From an uncultured Acidobacteriota bacterium (lineage in GTDB: Bacteria; Acidobacteriota; Thermoanaerobaculia; UBA5066; Gp7-AA6): a stretch of 64,000 nucleotides of DNA. Position numbers and translations under genes: made by a program. The notes beneath the pieces were generated by a model that saw only the letters and a program-made list of their open reading frames with translations, had not been told where the DNA came from and did no database searches. How positions within the stretch are numbered: the first letter of the stretch is position 1; every line of letters starts with the position of its first letter. The stretch is taken from assembly GCA_963784935.1 (NCBI GenBank), contig CAWATD010000001.1, positions 189,411 to 253,410 of the forward strand, in the 5' to 3' direction. Below, one piece after another: positions 26,422 to 35,951 of this stretch.

Positions 26422-28432
26422 CGCTGCCGAGGACGACGAGCACGTCGCCGTGCTCGAAGCGGTCGGTCGGCTCGGGCACGAATCGCCTCTGGAAGCCCTG
26501 CTTCGTCAGCCGCTTCACCGCGAGGACGGAGACCCCGTAGCGCGACCGCAGCGCCGCTTCCGCCATCGTGAGGCCCTCGATGGATGCGGGCACGTCCACC
26601 TCGATGAAGCGGTGCTTCTCCGGCAGCTCCAGGTAGTCCACCTCCCCCGCTTCGCCGACCGTCCGGACGCGAGCCATCAGCCGGTTGGTCTTCAGGACCT
26701 CGCTGTCGAAGGCACCGAGCAGGTCGCGCTGGGTGACGATGCCGAGGAACTTGCGGCCTTCCGCGGAGTCCACGACGGGGAGCTGCCCCATGTCGCGAAA
26801 CCAGAGCTTCTCGTTGACCGAGGTCAGCGGCTCCTCCGGCGTCACGAAGGGGATCTCGGTGGCGAGGTCCGCCGCGATCACGAGCGGCGAGAGGTCGCGC
26901 TCGGGAAACGACTCCTTGATGTCGTGGATGTCGACCGCGCCCTCGAGCCGGCCCTCCGCGTCGCCCACGTAGAGAAAGAGGCTGCGCGAACGCAGGAAGG
27001 CGGCCACGATCTCGGGCAGCGTCGTCGTCCGCGGGATGAGCGCCACGTCGCGCCGCATGATGTCCGAGACCTTCAGGCTCGCCAGCGCCGTCGCCTCCGG
27101 CGTCTTTTCCCACACGATGCCGGCCGAGCGCAGGCTCTCGACGTACATCGATTCCTTCTGGACGATGCGCGCCGCCGCCACGGCCAGCACCGAAACGACC
27201 ATCATCGGAAGCAGGACCGCCGTGTTCTGCGTCAGCTCGAAGATCATGATCACGGCCAGCAGCGGCGCCCGCGTCACGCCGGCCATCATGCCGCCCATGC
27301 CGAGCAGCGCGTAGCCACCGACGGGCGCCGCAAGATGCGGCAGCGCGACCTGGACGAGCTTCGCGACGACGCCCCCGAGGGCCGCACCCACCAGCAGCGA
27401 CGGCGTGAAGACTCCGCCCACGCCGCCCGAGCCGATCGTCGCGGAGGTCGCGAGGGTCTTGCCGACCAGCAGCAGCAACAGGAAGAGCAGCGTCGGGTTG
27501 CCGTGCAGGATCTCGTCGGTGGCTTCGAATCCGTTGCCGAAGACCTGCGGCATGCCGATGCCGATGGCTCCGACGAGCGCGCCGCCGATCGCCATGGTGG
27601 CCCAGATCGGCAGCTTCGTCGCCGCGAACAGCTTCTTGCCCGCCGTGAGCGCCCGCACGAAAAACGCGGACACGCAGCCGCCGAGCAGGCCGATCGCCGC
27701 GTACGGCAGGCTCTCGACGAGCGACTCGGGACGGAAGGGCGCGACCTTGTAGACCGGCTCGTCGCCGAGGACCGAACGCACCAGGATCGTCGAGACGACG
27801 GCCGAAACGACGGCCGGACCGAAGAGCGCCATGGAGAATGACCCGACGACGACCTCGAGCACGAAGAGCGTCGCCGCAATCGGAGTGTTGTACGCGCCGG
27901 CGACGCCGGCCGCCATGCCGCAGGCCGTCAGGATGCGCACGCGCTCGGGCGAGACCTTCCAGCGGCGCGCGAGCGCCGACGCGAAGGCCGCCCCGATCTG
28001 GATGATCGGCCCCTCGCGCCCCTCCGATCCGCCGCTGGCGATGACGGCGATCGAAGAGACGCCGCGCGCCAGCGACGGCCGCAGCCGCACCGACCGGCGG
28101 CCGAGCGAGACGACCTCGATCATGTGCGAGATGCCGCTCGGCCCCTTCTCGCCGAAGAAAAAGAGCGCGACCAGGCCTCCGACGAGCCCCCCCGCCGCCG
28201 GCAGCAGCACGCGGACGACCGGCTCGAGCGACTGGGCGCCCCGGACGATGTCCTCGGCGCCGACGAGCAGCCGCGTCAGTCGGTGCGTCAGGAACCGGAA
28301 TGCGATCGCGCCGAGGCCTCCGAGCAGCCCCGCGACCGCCGCGAGGATCAGGAACTGGGTGTTGGGATCGCGCCAGAAGAAGCGGCCAAACCGCGAAGGC
28401 CGCCCCGGCGACTGGGGCTCAGGAGCGCTCAT
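26363..28432 (-). CDS. ClC-family chloride channel/antiporter with C-terminal CBS pair and TrkA-C-like domain
   Basis: Start at MSAPEPQSPG inside track ORF 26363..28627. Has the GSGIPE-equivalent GGSEGREGP, GKTLATSATIGSG and GVFTPS motifs. CBS-like repeats follow the channel core. Confidence 0.85.
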   Translation of the reverse strand: MSAPEPQSPGRPSRFGRFFWRDPNTQFLILAAVAGLLGGLGAIAFRFLTHRLTRLLVGAEDIVRGAQSLEPVVRVLLPAAGGLVGGLVALFFFGEKGPSGISHMIEVVSLGRRSVRLRPSLARGVSSIAVIASGGSEGREGPIIQIGAAFASALARRWKVSPERVRILTACGMAAGVAGAYNTPIAATLFVLEVVVGSFSMALFGPAVVSAVVSTILVRSVLGDEPVYKVAPFRPESLVESLPYAAIGLLGGCVSAFFVRALTAGKKLFAATKLPIWATMAIGGALVGAIGIGMPQVFGNGFEATDEILHGNPTLLFLLLLLVGKTLATSATIGSGGVGGVFTPSLLVGAALGGVVAKLVQVALPHLAAPVGGYALLGMGGMMAGVTRAPLLAVIMIFELTQNTAVLLPMMVVSVLAVAAARIVQKESMYVESLRSAGIVWEKTPEATALASLKVSDIMRRDVALIPRTTTLPEIVAAFLRSRSLFLYVGDAEGRLEGAVDIHDIKESFPERDLSPLVIAADLATEIPFVTPEEPLTSVNEKLWFRDMGQLPVVDSAEGRKFLGIVTQRDLLGAFDSEVLKTNRLMARVRTVGEAGEVDYLELPEKHRFIEVDVPASIEGLTMAEAALRSRYGVSVLAVKRLTKQGFQRRFVPEPTDRFEHGDVLVVLGSDDAIARIRDASPLPLLAGP

Positions 28433-28647
28433 TCTCCATCTTCGAGCTTCTGCAGGTCGGTTTCGTCCTCGACGTCGTCCTGCCCGCCGAAGAAGAAGGC
28501 ATGCGCGCAAGGCTTGCTGCAGAAGCTGTTGCCCCCCATCCGGACCACGCAGGTCTCGCAGGCGGGCTTGCGGCAGGTCTGGCAGAGCGGCAGGGCGTAG
28601 GGAAAGTCCTGGTCGCAGGTCACGCAATGGTCCGCGAAACCAGCCAT
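28429..28647 (-). CDS. small cysteine-rich (zinc-ribbon-like) protein
   Basis: 72 aa with an ATGA overlap with the ClC gene. Has CVTC ... CQTC ... CETC ... C..PC spacing. Confidence 0.5.
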   Translation of the reverse strand: MAGFADHCVTCDQDFPYALPLCQTCRKPACETCVVRMGGNSFCSKPCAHAFFFGGQDDVEDETDLQKLEDGE

Positions 28648-28698
28648 GGGACGAGTATAGCCGGGGGCCGCTGTTTTGCTATTATCCGCCGTCCCGAA

Positions 28699-28775
28699 GG
28701 CGGTGTAGCTCAGCTGGTCAGAGCACGCGGCTCATATCCGCTAGGTCCGGGGTTCAAATCCCTGCACCGCCACCA
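28699..28775 (+). tRNA. tRNA with CAT anticodon (elongator Met or lysidine-modified Ile2), CCA encoded
   Basis: GGCGGTGTAGCTCAGCTGGTCAGAGCACGCGGCTCATATCCGCTAGGTCCGGGGTTCAAATCCCTGCACCGCCACCA. The G1-C72 pair excludes an initiator. One C-T mispair sits at the top of the anticodon stem. Confidence 0.9.
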
Positions 28776-28855
28776 AACTTCGCCAACCGTGGAGGCCTTT
28801 CGTGGCCGACTGTCTGCGCCAGACCCCCCGACTGTCTGCGCCGCGCTCTTCGAAC
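28750..28855 (+). repeat. repeat copy A: tRNA(CAT) 3' end plus conserved downstream flank
   Basis: Reference copy. It contains an internal direct repeat CGACTGTCTGCG x2. Confidence 0.9.
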
Positions 28856-28868
28856 AACCTGGGTGCCG

Positions 28869-30026
28869 TCACCGCTGGACGACGCGAGGAGTCTGCGGCG
28901 GCCTCTGCGCCGGGACCAGGATCCGGCTATGCGGATCAGACTCTTCGAGGGCGATCGAATCGATGCTGACATCGCCGCTGCTTTGAATCGGAGTCAGCCT
29001 GAGCTGCCGCAGCGTACCCTTCCATCCGGCATTACCGGCGAGATCGAAGTAGTAGTCCACGTATTCCGGAGAGCTCATCACGGCGTCTACGGTGACGCTC
29101 TTCGATTCGCTGAAGGCCGGATCAGCCAGCGTCGCGAAGGAGACCTTCGCCGAGGTTGGCGCGCCGCTGTTTTTCATGCGAACTCGCAGGAACGAGAATC
29201 GCGGCACCGGGATGTTGAGGTTATCAGCCGACATGAGCATTGGGCTGCCCCCGGAGCTCGATATCTGGAGCTTGCCGTCGGTCACTGCGAAAGACGAGAT
29301 ATTGGCGAATGGCGACCACCCTTCGACGCCGCTCGCGAATTGCCAACCTTCCTTCCCGTGCGCTTCGAATTCGTAGATCCTGGCGCGCCCGTCGCCCGAC
29401 ACCGTGCCTTGAGTCACGAGCAGTCTGATGAAACGACCGCTTGCCACGACAGCGCGATCGGTCAATCGATCCGTGTTGCCCGTCACGGAGTCGGCCCCGG
29501 AGAACGCCAGGCCATCGTCGCTAACTTGGAGGGCAAAGTCACTTGCATTGAGATCATCGGACTCTCCGTTGATCCCGGCGTGCCGGACGACCCACCTGTC
29601 GATCTCGGAGGGTTGATCCAAGTCGACCGTAATCCAATTCGTCCCGGCGGTTGCCGAAGTCCACTTCGTGAACTCGGATCCGTCGACGGCGCCGGACGGG
29701 CCCTCGTCCTCGGACGCGGAGGAGCTCGCCGTGGGCGTCTTCCCAAGGGTCAGGCTTTTCTCGTTGTGGAAGCGGAAGACGCCGCCCGAAAGGTCCCGAT
29801 TCTCCGCGTTGGCCCAGCTCATCGTGCCGTAAACGTCGACGGAGCCGGTGAAGGAGGAAGTGCTAGCGAACGACGCCCGCCCCGAAGCGGCTCCAGCCGC
29901 GCCGACGAATCGGAGTTTGTCGCCGCCCTCGAAAACGTAGCCGGACTGAGACGACGGGTCCGAGTGGGACTTCCAGAAGGTCGAATCGGTGCAGCCCCCT
30001 CCGTCCGCGAGCATTCGCCAGCCCAT
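28869..30026 (-). CDS. F5/8 type C (discoidin) domain protein; probably the C-terminal part of the disrupted gene upstream
   Basis: AVDGSEFTKWTS...NWITVDLDQPSEIDRWVVRHA...FALQVSDDG...GRFIRLLV is a discoidin signature. No signal peptide or obvious RBS at the track start. Confidence 0.55.
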   Translation of the reverse strand: MGWRMLADGGGCTDSTFWKSHSDPSSQSGYVFEGGDKLRFVGAAGAASGRASFASTSSFTGSVDVYGTMSWANAENRDLSGGVFRFHNEKSLTLGKTPTASSSASEDEGPSGAVDGSEFTKWTSATAGTNWITVDLDQPSEIDRWVVRHAGINGESDDLNASDFALQVSDDGLAFSGADSVTGNTDRLTDRAVVASGRFIRLLVTQGTVSGDGRARIYEFEAHGKEGWQFASGVEGWSPFANISSFAVTDGKLQISSSGGSPMLMSADNLNIPVPRFSFLRVRMKNSGAPTSAKVSFATLADPAFSESKSVTVDAVMSSPEYVDYYFDLAGNAGWKGTLRQLRLTPIQSSGDVSIDSIALEESDPHSRILVPAQRPPQTPRVVQR

Positions 30027-30033
30027 CTTGAGC

Positions 30034-32324
30034 TCAAAGGAATCCAGACCGAAGGTGCACTCTCATCGAGACAGCGTACCGAAAGCAAAAGGCAACTGGC
30101 GTTCTGGCGTGTGTAAGCGGCGACGAGTCCGATCCATATGCCTGGTCCGTCCAGACGCAGAAACTGCTTGAAACGGGCCCAGGTCGACCATCACCCTTTC
30201 TAGCCGGCCATGCTGTGAGCCGCCGCCTACGAGAATCCCGGTGTTGAGGACGGCTCGCCTCGACACCGGAGACCAAATGGTCGTCGCACCGGAAGCTCGA
30301 GAGATCGATCAGGTTGTAGGCGGTTGACGACCAGATGTTCTCGACCCAGACCCCGTCCCCGGTTCCTCGAACCGTGAAGGGATACGGCAAGGACAGGAGC
30401 GGAGACTGACCCGTAGCCTTGCTCGGGATAGACGACGTCGAATCCACGTATTCCCGAGCGAGGTGAAAGCGTCAGCAAGGCAGGATCGGAGGCGGGGGCC
30501 GTGCGTGTTCTTGCCATCGTAGCCGAGGAGTGACACAGGTCCGCGAACCCCCCGGCACTCCCGTCGTGATGGCTGAAACCGCCGAGCGGGCCTCGCAGCT
30601 CGACGCCGGTGGGAATCGTCAGCTGCGTCACGCGGTACTCGGCCCGGGGGAAGATAGACCGTGCCTCCGCCCTGGCCTCCGATCGCGTCGAGGGCCTGCC
30701 TGGATCGCCGCCGTGTCGTCGGCAAGGCCGTCGCCCGCTGCGTTGAAGGGTTGGGCCTTGACGCTCGCGAAGTTCGTCGCGTTCGAGGGGCTGCGGAATC
30801 CCGACGAAGCGCGTAGCTCCAGACTCTCGGTCCCGGGCACGTTGTCCGTATCGACGAAATGCAGATCTGGCTGGCGGTAGCTGTCGACTTCTTCGATCCT
30901 GGCCGTCGATTGCGGACGACGAGTCCGTAGAACGACAACTGGATCTTCAGGCAGCTTCTTGATCAGCACGTCCCGATGCGCATCGCGGACGCGAATGCCG
31001 TGGACGGCGAGCCCGTCGCACCAGCCAAGCTGAACTCCCGTTACGTGGCTCGACGTATATGTGTCGAGCGCGAGGCGATCTTCGTCGTTCGAGGGCGCGT
31101 TGGATCAATGATAGAGCGAGGGGCTGACTTCCAAGTGTCGTTGCCGAAGTTCACACTGGACATCCACGAGAACTCGTCCAACGTTCCCGACCGTGAGGCC
31201 CTGATGCAGAACGGTCCCTGCGATGTCGGCCAGGCCTGGTTATTGCTGGCGGACTAGCGATCCCGTCGTAAGAGTCGTACAGACGAAGGTTGAGGGCGTT
31301 GGCGCCTTCGTCTGTCGAGCGAGACAGTGGCGGGATATGGTTGGACCGTGTCGTTCGTGAATCCCTGAGACGGGTACCAGATGCTGAGGTCCCGGACGCA
31401 GGCCATGAGCGCCGAGCGATATGAATGGGGCAGACGTCTCGTCCCCCTGCCCGAAGGAGGCAAGAAGCAACGTGCCGATTCGATTTGGGTCGCTGCGATC
31501 CGTCAGGTCCGCGCCTCGAAGCGTGGTGCTTTCAGGGACGGACAAGCGTTCCGTCGATCCGGTAGCTGCCGGTGGGCGCGAACACGGTGCCGCCGCCGTA
31601 GGTCCGCGAAACGGCGGCCAGCGCGGCGGCTGAAGGCCTGCGTCGAGTCCCGCATCCCCGTGGGGTCAGCCAGAAATGGCGGGTCGGTGACGACGGCGTC
31701 CGCGACGACGACCTCGGCGCTCGGGCCCTCGAGAGGCACGATACGCGACTTGAGAGCCGGCGGAGCGACGGTCGGGCTGATCTCGACTCGGTCGAGAGCG
31801 ATAGATCCACTCCGAATGAGGACCCCCAACGTGTGGCGGCCCGCGCCCAGGTAGAGACCGGAGGACCAGACGTCTGCGAAGCCGTCCTGGACGGGCACGC
31901 CTTGAGAAGTGTCCCCGAGCGGCCGATCGTCGATGAGCGTTACGAGACCGACCGAAAAACCTGGAGCGATCGTGCGGGCGAAATAGTCGACCTTGTACCA
32001 GCCCGCTTGACCCACTTCGACGGTGTACTTCAGCCAATCGCTGATGATGCCGCCCTCAAGCGAACTGATTACATATGAGCCGCCGGGGCCAATGGCGATG
32101 TCCACGTCCGTATCGGGTCGGTAGCCGCTATAGCCGCCCTGATTGCCCGGTGTCGCCGCGTAGTGGGCGACGAGCGGGCCGCCGTCGTTGAAGTCGACCG
32201 CGCGAATGGTGCCGGGGACGTTATGAGGACCGTTGTGCGCGGTGCCGTCGTCGGCAGTCGCAGCCGCAAGGCCGGCCAACCAGAGAAGGATCAAACCGGC
32301 GCCAATAGTGGCGCGTCTCATCAT
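30034..32324 (-). pseudogene. frame-disrupted locus: signal peptide + CBM6-like module + two pectate-lyase-superfamily (beta-helix) segments
   Basis: MMRRATIGAGLILLWLAGLAAA then GTIRAVDFNDGG...WLKYTVEVGQAGWYKV (CBM6-like). Then FSAALAAVSRTYGGGTVFAPTGSYRIDGTL, and later NAAGDGLADDTAAIQA / ALDAIGGQGGGTVYLPPGR / VTQLTIPTGVELRG / PYPFTVRGTGDGVWVENIWSSTAYNLIDL. These pieces lie in different frames, giving at least six frame changes by hand translation. Confidence 0.55.
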
Positions 32325-32794
32325 CAGCTGTTGATCGGCCCACCGGCCAGCAGGTCGGACCGCCGAGACACCCTTGCGCACGGGACCAACGCTTTCTACC
32401 GAACCGGCGGCGGGCAGCTCAGTTTCTTGCTGGATTCGGTCCGTCGGAGGGGATCGGATTGCTAAGCCTACCATCCGCCCGGGCCTCCGATTGGTCGCCA
32501 CCCGCCAAATTGGCTTCCGAACGCGGCTCACGAAAGTGTTCTCGCAGAGCAGGGTCTCGTGATTCAAGGGAGAATGTGGCTCAAGATTTCGCCGGCACGT
32601 CGAATCTTCGAAGGGGGGAGGCTCGCCGCCCACGGCCCTGCTCTGAAGGCCTGGCAACTTTCTGCGATTCTTTCTGCGAACTGTCCGGCGATGTCCGGCG
32701 GTTAAGGGGTCAGCGGAAAAGGAAAGGGCTCTGGAAACCCAAGTTTCCCAGCGCCTTAGTGCCGGACAGTGACGGGCAGTGACTAATCTTTCGC

Positions 32795-33144
32795 GGGTTC
32801 AAATCCCTGCACCGCCACCAAACTTCGCCAACCGTGGAGGCCTTTCGTGGCCGACTGTCTGCGCCAGACCCCCCGACTGTCTGCGGCGCGCTTCTGGAAC
32901 ATCGCGCTTACTGATCGCCGCGCGATGTCGGTCGAGAATCACTTCGCGCCGGCGACGAGCTTCTGGAACCTTTGATTCTGAGCCATCCGGGAGAGAGGTA
33001 GTACGGGATCTTCAGTAGCGGCTCGAGCTGGTCGAGCGCCTTCTCCGACTCGCCTACCAGTATGTAGATCCGCACGAGCTGATGCTGGTAGCAGGGGCCT
33101 ACTGTCGCGTCCTTCGGAATGAGATCCAGGGCGACCCCTCGCAT
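32795..33144 (+). repeat. repeat copy B: tRNA 3' end (26 nt) + flank + 5'-truncated minus-strand gene tail
   Basis: 32795-32885 is identical to 28750-28840 (91 nt, hand alignment). It continues into the remnant ...LVRIYILVGESEKALDQLEPLLKIPYYLSPGWLRI (track ORF 32908..33144). Confidence 0.85.
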
Positions 33145-33172
33145 ACTCCAGTGGCTAAGGGGGGTCCAGGAC

Positions 33173-33373
33173 CTACCCCCGGCTGCCCCGGAGGACAGTG
33201 GGCGTCTGTCGGCCGGCGGCCGGCGGCCGGGTGCCTTGCTCGAAGGATCCCGACTCTGGATTGAAAGGCACCCTGCACCGGGCGCAGAGCCTGGGGCGGC
33301 GCTTGTCGCTAGCGACGAGGGTCGTAGCCGAGCAGGCGCGGCACGGAATCACAACGTAGCGCGGGTTCTCCAT
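33173..33373 (-). CDS. small zinc-ribbon-like protein
   Basis: MENPRYVVIPCRACSATTLVASDKRRPRLCARCRVPF..., with GGAGG 5 nt upstream of the ATG at 33373. 66 aa. Confidence 0.4.
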   Translation of the reverse strand: MENPRYVVIPCRACSATTLVASDKRRPRLCARCRVPFNPESGSFEQGTRPPAAGRQTPTVLRGSRG

Positions 33374-33649
33374 GGCCGCCTCCAAGACACATGCTACCGC
33401 CAGGCAGCCCCTTCGCGCGGGCCCGCTCAAGGTTCGCGTCGAGCAGGTTCCCGACCGTGACCGCCGCCATGCTCGGCGTGACGAGCGCCTCCTTGCCCTC
33501 GGCCGCGTTCGAGCAACGCGCGGGAAGCCGCGCGGCGCGTCAAGCCGCTCTGGACGGCCGCCGTCTTCACCGCCGGCCCGATAGCAGCGGCGCTCAACAA
33601 CCGTCGGGGCGTTGACGGCCTCGAAGCCAGCGCGTACTATCGCCCAGTC

Positions 33650-34642
33650 TTGAGGCTAGGAAGAGCTTCCAGGTCGCTGGCGGTTTGGGCTGCAACGTCT
33701 CTATGCCTCTTCATGCTCGCGGGATCGCTTCCGGCGGGCATCCCAACGAGCGCCGACCTCTCGGTCACGAAGACCTGTAGCAACTGCCCGGAGCCGGCCG
33801 GAGCCAGCATCTCCTACATCGTGAGCCTCACCAACGGAGGACCGGACGACGCTCAGAATGTCACGTTGACCGATGCCGTTCCGACGAACACCACTTTCGT
33901 ATCCGCGATGCAGACCAACGGCCCGGCCTTCACTCTGAGCACCCCTCCGGTTGGCGGCACCGGAACCATCACCGGCACCCTCGTGACGCTCGCGGCCGGA
34001 GCCTCCGCTACCTTCCAGTTCACGATCAACGTCAACGCCAGCTTCACCGGCACGACCATCACCAACACGGCCACCGCCGCATCGACGACTCCCGACCCTA
34101 ACCTCGGCAACAATTCCGCCACTGTCACGAGCACCGGCGGCGTTGTCGCCCAGCTCTCCGTCACGAAGACGGATGGTGTTTCCACCGTGACGGCGGGGGC
34201 AAACACAACCTACGCCGTCCTCCTGACCAACAATGGACCGAGCGACGCGCAGAACGTCACTCTGACCGATCCCGTCCCCGCCAACACTGCGTTTGTATCC
34301 GCGATGCAGACCAACGGCCCGGCCTTCACTCTGAGCACCCCTCCGGTTGGCGGCACCGGAACCATCACCGGCACCCTAGCGACGCTCGCGGCCGGAGCCT
34401 CCGCTACCTTCCAGTTCACGATCAACGTCAACGCAAGCACACTCAACGGCACGACCATCACCAATACGGCCACCGCCGCATCGACGACTTTTGACATCAA
34501 CCCCGCCGACAACTCCGCCACGGACACGGACACGGTAGGTCCACCCCCCGGTGCAACCGTGCCGATGCTCTCGGAGCCGGGGGTTGCGCTGCTCGGCCTC
34601 GGGCTCGCCCTGGCGGCTCTGGCCGTGCTGCGCCAGCGCTAG
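33650..34642 (+). CDS. DUF11-repeat surface protein with PEP-CTERM-type C-terminal sorting signal
   Basis: Signal peptide followed by two DUF11-like repeats (LSVTKT...NGGPDDAQNVTLTD...). The C-terminus LSEPGVALLGLGLALAALAVLRQR is PEP-CTERM-like. TTG start from the track. Confidence 0.75.
   Translation: MRLGRASRSLAVWAATSLCLFMLAGSLPAGIPTSADLSVTKTCSNCPEPAGASISYIVSLTNGGPDDAQNVTLTDAVPTNTTFVSAMQTNGPAFTLSTPPVGGTGTITGTLVTLAAGASATFQFTINVNASFTGTTITNTATAASTTPDPNLGNNSATVTSTGGVVAQLSVTKTDGVSTVTAGANTTYAVLLTNNGPSDAQNVTLTDPVPANTAFVSAMQTNGPAFTLSTPPVGGTGTITGTLATLAAGASATFQFTINVNASTLNGTTITNTATAASTTFDINPADNSATDTDTVGPPPGATVPMLSEPGVALLGLGLALAALAVLRQR
33846..34438 (+). repeat. in-frame tandem duplication, period 396 bp, inside the DUF11 gene
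   Basis: Cores starting at 33899 and 34295 share about 140 nt with only 2 mismatches (83 identical, then a 4-nt patch, then 53 identical). The first part of each unit is clearly more diverged. Confidence 0.85.
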
Positions 34643-34850
34643 CCGGGGTAGTCGCTGCTCGCCTTCGCGGCGACCCTGCCGCGCGATTTGTCAGCTGTAC
34701 GTCCGGGATCAGAGGCCGGTGCTCGGCTCCGGCCCAAAAGCTAGTGAGCCCGGTAACGCTTTTGTAACGGGCCTGCGCCCCCGACTGTCAGAATTCCTGT
34801 CAGTAATTCGCCCGCCGCTGCTCGCCTTCTAGCCCCTCGCGCGCGCCCGG

Positions 34851-34884
34851 CCGAAAAAGAAAGCGCCCGATTTCTCAGGCGCTT
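34851..34884 (-). terminator. putative intrinsic terminator (minus strand)
   Basis: The minus strand reads AAGCGCC-TGAGAAATCG-GGCGCTT followed by TCTTTTTC. That is a 7-bp GC-rich stem with a 10-nt loop. Confidence 0.45.
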
Positions 34885-34922
34885 GCGGCAGACAGCGGCG
34901 GGCGGCGGCTAAGCCGCCTTGC

Positions 34923-35135
34923 GTTCAAATCCCTGCACCGCCACCAAACTTCGCCAATCGTGGAGGCCTTTCGTGGCCGACTGTGTGCGCCAGACCCCCC
35001 GACTGTGCCGAACTTTCTGGGACATCGCGCTTACTGATCGGCGCACGATGTCCGTCGCAGATTACTTCGCGCCCGCGACGAGCTTCTGGAACCTCGGGTT
35101 ATTGCGCAGCGGTCGATGTTGGGGTCAATATTCAA
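34923..35135 (+). repeat. repeat copy C: tRNA 3' end (24 nt) + flank + decayed gene tail
   Basis: GTTCAAATCCCTGCACCGCCACCAAACTTCGCCAATCGTGGAGG..., with a few mismatches to A/B. The tail encodes WLNIDPNID(P)LRNNPRFQKLV with one missing base. Confidence 0.8.
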
Positions 35136-35569
35136 CCAGGCTCTTCTCCCAAACGTCGTGGATCTCGCCCACCATTTTTCGTAAGAAGCTCGCCCAATCA
35201 GGTTTACTTGCATGCGTACTCAATATTTCATCCACAGCTCGATCTGCGGTAGGATGATGGCAGGGGGCGGCGGCGCTCCTCGACCTCCGGCAGCGGTCGC
35301 GTGACCTCCGGCGGCGGTCGGGTTGCCTGCCGCCCCATCCTTCCGCCGCGACCCTCGTCGATGCACCCCCTGCCCGCCGTTCGCTCTGGCGAGCTCCAAA
35401 GCTCGCGCGGCAGGTCGACAGTATGTGAGAAGCCTGAACTCGAGGTGCGGGGCGACAGCCTCTTCGAGCCCGCAGGCGGACAAGAAGGTGCTCGAGTTTC
35501 TGTGATGACACGCACCCAGGGCACGCACCCTGACCCTCACGTCGTTGAGAGGCCTTGAAGAGGCACAGT

Positions 35570-35935
35570 TTCCAAATCCCTGCACCGCCACCAAACTTCG
35601 CCAACCGCAGAGGCCTTTCGTGGCCGACCGTCTGCGCCAGACCCCCCGACTGTCTGCGGCGCGCCTTTCGAAGTACTCGCTGCGCGATATCGGTCGAGAA
35701 TCATATTGAGCCAGCAACGAGCTTCTGGAACCTCGGGGACTTTCGCAGCGGGTCGAAGCTGGGGTCGATCTTGAGCCAGGCAGGAGACCAGAGGCCGGGG
35801 AGCTTCATGGACTCGCTCGACGTGATCGAGCGCCTTCTCCTGCTCGCCGACCGCGATGAAGATGCGCACGAGGTCCGCTTCTTGCCAATCTCCTGTCACC
35901 TGCCACTCATGTGCCGGGCGCAGCTCCATGGCCGA
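35570..35935 (+). repeat. repeat copy D: tRNA 3' end (about 22 nt) + flank + decayed gene tail
   Basis: CCAAATCCCTGCACCGCCACCAAACTTCGCCAACCGCAGAGG.... The tail encodes ...LVRIFIAVGEQEKALDHVERV... / ...LKIDPSFDPLRKSPRFQKLVAG in shifted frames. Confidence 0.8.
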
Positions 35936-35951
35936 GTCCACGTCCTGCGAT

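Noticed and set aside
33846-34438. Near-identical repeat pair as template/variable repeats of a diversity-generating retroelement.
   Set aside because: No reverse transcriptase is nearby. Both copies are inside the same ORF in tandem, and the differences aren't confined to adenine positions.
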